Assembly: GCF_030684315.1 (NCBI RefSeq) | Contig: NC_081396.1 | Coordinates: forward strand, 248,001-312,000 | Source: Stegostoma tigrinum | Taxonomy: Eukaryota | Reading direction: 5' to 3' | Length of the DNA: 64,000 nt | Part shown: in pieces, positions 58,700 to 64,000 of the stretch | Layout: each line of letters starts with the position of its first letter | Position numbering within the stretch: position 1 is the stretch's first letter | Program-made: the position numbers and the translations under genes | The notes under the pieces: generated by a model | Told to the model about the DNA's origin: nothing | Seen by the model: the letters and a program-made list of their open reading frames with translations, nothing else | Databases searched by the model: none

Positions 58700-61600
58700 G
58701 GGGAGGGAATGCATATATGCTCAGATGGCTGGAAATGGCAATGTGAGCTATGGAGCCCCAAAGCTCAAAGAGGTGCTACCGCCCAGCAAGAAAACTGAAA
58801 CAAGAAGCACTGAGAAGGGGGAACAGGCCAGAGAGGAGGAAAAGGAAGCCAGCAGGGTGACATAACAACTGATCCAACCTCGACCTAACCTAGATGGAGT
58901 CAACGGAGGAAGAGGAAAAGAAAAAGGTGGGGGAGTGGATACCAGTGAGAAACAACCAGAAAAAGAAAAACACATCAGTCCCCTAAAGCCTAATATAAAC
59001 ATGGAAAGATGCAGTTATGGAATGGATATACCAGCAGCTCCTCTGATGATGAAGATGTGCAGAAGGATGGTCATCAACAGAAAAAAATGCAGAACACGAC
59101 GGTGGAGAAGGAGGGAAGTAGCCAACTTTCCAACTTGGAAATGCTGGACAACCCAAGGGCCCAAATGAAGCCCAATATCCATTCACTGGGAACTATGCAG
59201 TAACCACCACACACAGCGCCGGACAAATGGGAATAGTGATGCTTCGAATCAGGAACTGAGCAAGCAGTGCCTCTGTTGGATTCAGAATGGGACTTTCCTG
59301 GCTTCATTCTCACTCCGACAACACTGGTTCAGGGCAACAATCCGGGGGAGAAATAGGCCAGCGACCTCAGTGCAGAGAGCACCCAACAGTTCGTTCACAC
59401 CACAGGAAAAGGACATTATGTATTTCTATAAACTCTTAAAATGGGTTTTAAAATTGCCAGGATTAACATGTATAGTTTTAAATCTACCATGCATTATTTT
59501 TTAACATTGGCTTACCTGGTCAACATCAAAGCAGACCTCCTCTTTCCATCGGAGTCTGGTACCACATCCCAACAGACGCAGGAAACGGTCGACCATATGA
59601 ACCCATGGGCCTTCAATTTGGCCACAGTGAAAAAAAAGGCCTGGATATTCTGCTGTGAGGAAGCAACTTCACCATCTCCAAAGATAAGGAGGTGGTGGGC
59701 AGGCGCCTCCTAATAGCAGACGTCATGTCCAGAAATCCTCCCCTGAGGCTAATTAACATGTAGGCCTCAATGCTAAAGACTGAATGGCTGGCTGTCCTCT
59801 TGCTCCTCCCACTGCTGCTGGCAACATTTAGGCAGATCATTCAGACCGGTGACTTCAACCACATCATCGATGCCGATGGACAATCTGGAGGAGCTCACAG
59901 CAAACTGGACTCCACATCTCGAATCTTGATGGAAACAAGCTGCACAATGACTTCAGTACCCACGCAGAGAGAGCACAGTGTAGATACACCTGTTTGCAGC
60001 AGGATGGTTCTAACCGCTCAAGGATAGATTTCCTATTTCTACCCTGAATGTTCTCGATCAGATCTACAAATGTCAAGCCGCTGTGCTTCTCCGACCACTG
60101 CCTCCTGCTGGATGACTGTTGCCTACAGGACAACCAGCTGTCTCACAAGGAGACGTGGAAGCTGAACGTGAAATTATTGACCCGAGAAAACGTTGAGGAG
60201 CTCAAGAGCGATTTTAAAGGTTGGAAAACTGTGATGTCCCTCTTATCGGCTCCAGTGGGCCGATGGGAACCGGTCATGGGAACTTCAGAAAGCCATGCAG
60301 AATCTACTCCAGCTGCAGACGATGGGGGCTGATGTCACAGAGGATCTCCACGAACTGAAGAGACTGTAAGCCTTGTGCTTTGGCTCGGAGGCCTCCAAGA
60401 TAATCTTCTGCTCCAGGGCTTCTGCATGGCTTTCTCAAGTTTGGACTTTTTTTTTAACCTAGCTCTCACCTTCTGAACACCTTTAAGTATAAAGAACCTC
60501 TTGATGTTCCCATCAGACCACTGGAGATTATAAGAAGGGTTTCATAGTTTTCCAGGGTCTGCCAAATGGAGCAGGATGAGACGTGCTCGCCTTTCTTCTT
60601 CCAGAAGGTGCACAGGAAGAGCTCTGTCTTCAGCAGCCTGAAGGAAGATGGCTCAGTGCCATCACCTCTGTCTGACATACTAAGGATCAGCAAATCCTTT
60701 TGTGGCAGACTGTATGGTATGAAGCCCACTGACTGTGCATCTTCCCAATCATTCCTGTCCTCTATCATGGAGGGCTTAGATAACAGCACACAGCTGTTTT
60801 CTCTGGATGACATGACCACTGCCCTAGAGTCCTTTGAAAATGACAGCTTAACAGCCAAGTTGTATTTGGCTCTGTGGGACCTAATTGACCAGGGCCTGAT
60901 GAAGGTGTGCGACAGTATGCTTCTGGGGGATAGCATGTGTGAGTCCATGACAAAAGTTACCATCAACCTCATCTGTCAGCAGAAGAGCGAGAAGAAGGAA
61001 ATTAAAATCGGCCACCAGACGCGTGCTTGAATGCAGACAATAAAGTCCTATCTAAAGTCATCGCCATGGGTATCAAGTCTACTCTGGGATTGGTGATTCA
61101 CCCTGACTGAACCGATGTTGTACTGAGATGTTATTGGGATAGCATCCTATTGATTTCTTTACTTCTATAAATTAATGTCCTTTATCTGCCTACACATAGG
61201 TATGCAGGCACTGCCCAGCTAGGAATTCGGTGTAAGAGTTTGTAACTCCTTATCTTCCTACACATTGGTGTGCAGACACTGCCTTAAGCTTCCTGGCTGA
61301 ATAAAATTAGAGTTAAACTGTCTCAAATAAGGTTAAGTGAGGAACATTTTTAAAGGTGTGAGACTTCTGAAGTATGTAACTTCTGTCGCTGACAAAGGGG
61401 CCAGGGCACTGACTTTGTTCAAGCCAGACACATCGGCAACTTGAAATTACAATCTGTCTTGTTAACAACTTGAAATCGCCTCCTGCCATGAGCAGCCACT
61501 TCACGAACGATCGATACTATATCCTAGTCTTTTGTGTTCTTGATGTAATCATTGTTTTGTATCCTGTCTTCGTCTGTTGTAATAATTGTCTCATGTATCA

Positions 61601-62810
61601 TGTCATTGTGAGATGTGAAATTGTTTTATGTATTATGTACTTAGTAAAGTATAAATAGTGGGGACTGTCCGCTGCTCAGGGAGAATTACTTACGAGACTC
61701 TGCACTCTGTGCTGGGTGAAGTACAGTGATTCTTCACAGCTTGTACTTGCTCTGTAATAAAAGGATTTGTGTTTTTCTGAACAGGTCAGTATCTTGTTGT
61801 TGCATCATGTCCGTGAGGGTATCTGAAAACGAACTTAACAGTACCGGCAGGACAGGGGATGTTATTACGTACCTCTGAGAGCCTCGCACTCTTCAGGGGT
61901 GCCATTGCCTACGAGCATGAGACAGGGCAGATGCCTGCCTCATCAGCCTGGATGAGAACAAAGCCTTTAACAGGAAATCACACAAGTACATGTGGGTTGT
62001 GCTGTCCAAAATGGGCTTTGGGGAGGGAATCTGCAACTGGGTCTGACTGCTCCACACCTTGTTGGTACAGTCTCATTCAATGGGTGTGAATAAGAAAGCT
62101 TCTCGATCAGATCCGGAGTCAGGCAGGGCTGCCTACACTCTCCTGCCTTGTTTGTGTATTTTATAGAGCCACTTACTCAGTCCATCAGGGACAATGCAAG
62201 ACTGAGAGGGTGACTGTTTCAGGCAGCAGACGCCTGCGGGTCAAAGCCTCCCTTAGCATGGAAGCAAATCCAGGTAACAGTGAGGCCATGTTCTTTTGGA
62301 ACTGGGCCAACCGATCCTATATCCCCATCACCATCATGACAGATTGCCTGAAGGTGATAGGAATATGGTTTGGAAAAGCAAGGGTGTGTGCAATATCTGT
62401 GATGGTGCAGAAGGTGAAGCAGAAACTGGTCTTTTGGGAGGACTGCCTCCTCTCCATTACAGGTAAAAATCTGATCATGAGATATGAGGCAGTCTCTCCA
62501 TTGTTCTACATGGTGCAAGTCTGGCCCATTCCCCCATACATGTGTCAATGTAGTCACCAAGAGGATTTTATAGTCTGCAATTAGAAATGAGACTTGTCAC
62601 CAATTTCTGATTTCTTCCTTCTCCTCCTTCTGCTTACACATGAGGGTGAAAGTGTGGTTGAGGCAGTTTTACACCTCCTGCTGGAAAGGGCCTTTGCAAC
62701 AGAGGTCAGGAGAAGATGCAATAGTTTATGTCGAGGTTCATTTGTTATTATGTATATATTCAAATGTATATTTTGTGAATCAAGTACATTTTTGAAATAA
62801 AAATAAAAAT
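58700..62810 (+). mobile_element. Decayed Tx1/L1-clade LINE
   Basis: ORF2 start MGFKIA.IN at 59441; GDFN.IIDA, FSDHCLL, WKLNVKLL, EQDETCS.FFFQKVH, SGVRQGC.LSP.LFV and ESV.HLLLE remnants; A-rich end near 62800. Confidence 0.8.
61124..61840 (+). mobile_element. Solo LTR (717 bp) with 4-bp TSD
   Basis: TG...CA termini; TSD gtac at 61120-61123 and 61841-61844; TATAAAT at ~61651 and AATAAA at ~61756; splits the Tx1-like RT. Confidence 0.85.
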
Positions 62811-63759
62811 TGCATGGGTATATCCTGATCACAAAAACCAGAACACATCCCTCGTGCACAAGCAACGTCCCATCAATATACTCTCAATCATCAGCAAGTG
62901 ACAGAACATATGGTCAACAGTACAACCAAGTGAAATTTACTCAACAATAACATTCCCACCCCTGCTCAGCTTGTCTTCCTCTGACCCAATCAGCTCCAAA
63001 CTCATTGTAGCCTTGGTTCTCATGTGCACAAAAGAGTTTGAAACGAGAGGTGAAACTGAAGGGACTTCCATTGACATCAACACTGCATTTTATGAAACAT
63101 GATATCGCAGAGTACTTGCAAACCTGTAGTCAAAGGATTCAAGGAAAGCATTCTCTCCCACTGGTTGAAGAGATCACTAGCACAAAGGAAGCTGGATGTG
63201 ATTGTTGGAGTTGAGTCTCCACATTCTGAGGAAATGATTATAGGATTTTGAAATGATTTAAGTGACTGCTGGACATGCACATGGACAGCAGTGAATTGAG
63301 GGGAATGTAGGTTAGGTGATTTATTTTTGGATTAGGATTAATCCAGGGCACAACATCGTGGGCTAAAGGGCCTGTACTGTGCTGTACGTTTCTATGTTCT
63401 AACTTCTCAGAGTAGATAATTCATTATGTTTGGAGATGTTATTACAGAACTCTGGAGTAGGGTTGGAAGTTGAAGTCAGATCTCTTGGCCCAGGAGTCCC
63501 TACTGTCCTAAGCCTGCAATCTTCAACTGCTTCGTTGAGGAATTTTCCTCCATCAGAAGGCCAGAGGGAGGAATATCGCCGAATGGTTGCATGATGTTCA
63601 GCAGCATTCACAGCATCTGACATACTGAAGTAGCCTGTGCTCATTTGCAGGAAGAACTGGACAAAATCCAGGCTTGAGTACATAAGTTCTCAGAAATATT
63701 TACACAACACAGTGTCAAGCATTATCCATCTTCATTAAAAGAGAAATTAACCTCCGCTG

Positions 63760-64000
63760 TGGAGGAGAAAACAGAGTTAATGTTAGTGACGAACAACAGG
63801 GGGTGTGCAGTGGCAGGCTATGCGATAATAAGGTCTGGTGTGTGGGGTGGGGGGGGCTGGGACATGGGAGAGTTTAGGCCCTAAAATTGTTGAAATCAAT
63901 ATTGAGTCGAGTGGGCTGTAGGTCCCGAAGCGGAAAATGAGGTGCTGTTCCTCCAGCTTGCACTGGGCTTCACTGAAATACTGTAGCAAGCTGGAGACAG
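63760..64000 (-). mobile_element. Penelope-like 3' fragment running off the window
   Basis: KLEEQHLIFRFGTYSPL..NIDF remnant. Confidence 0.7.

Overview
Eukaryotic (cartilaginous fish) genomic DNA, probably from a shark, judged from HE1-type V-SINEs, shark-type CR1 and Penelope families and an IgW-type gene. The first ~6.4 kb hold the 3' end of an immunoglobulin heavy-chain cluster on the + strand, most likely IgW: penultimate C exon, last C exon with secretory tail, TM1, TM2 and two poly(A) signals. The remaining ~57 kb is mostly nested transposable elements: CR1 LINEs including one full-length copy with two open ORFs, Penelope-like elements with hammerhead motifs, Gypsy relics and LTRs, a Tx1-like LINE, and SINEs. 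Three observations stand out. (1) Four dispersed, co-oriented paralogous non-coding modules at ~19.5, 27.6, 47.7 and 58.0 kb share a fixed-spacing core with an ETS motif, set between a pyrimidine tract and a purine tract; they are a candidate IgW 3' enhancer cluster. (2) The full-length CR1 has a 220-bp monomer array in its 5' UTR; each monomer junction places a TATA box at -31 from an Inr/YY1 site, and the element begins exactly at that Inr. (3) ORF2 of that CR1 has no AUG before its endonuclease domain and is in the -1 frame behind a U_UUA_AAC slippery heptamer at the ORF1 stop. Family names rest on motif recognition, not database searches, and boundaries of decayed TEs are approximate.
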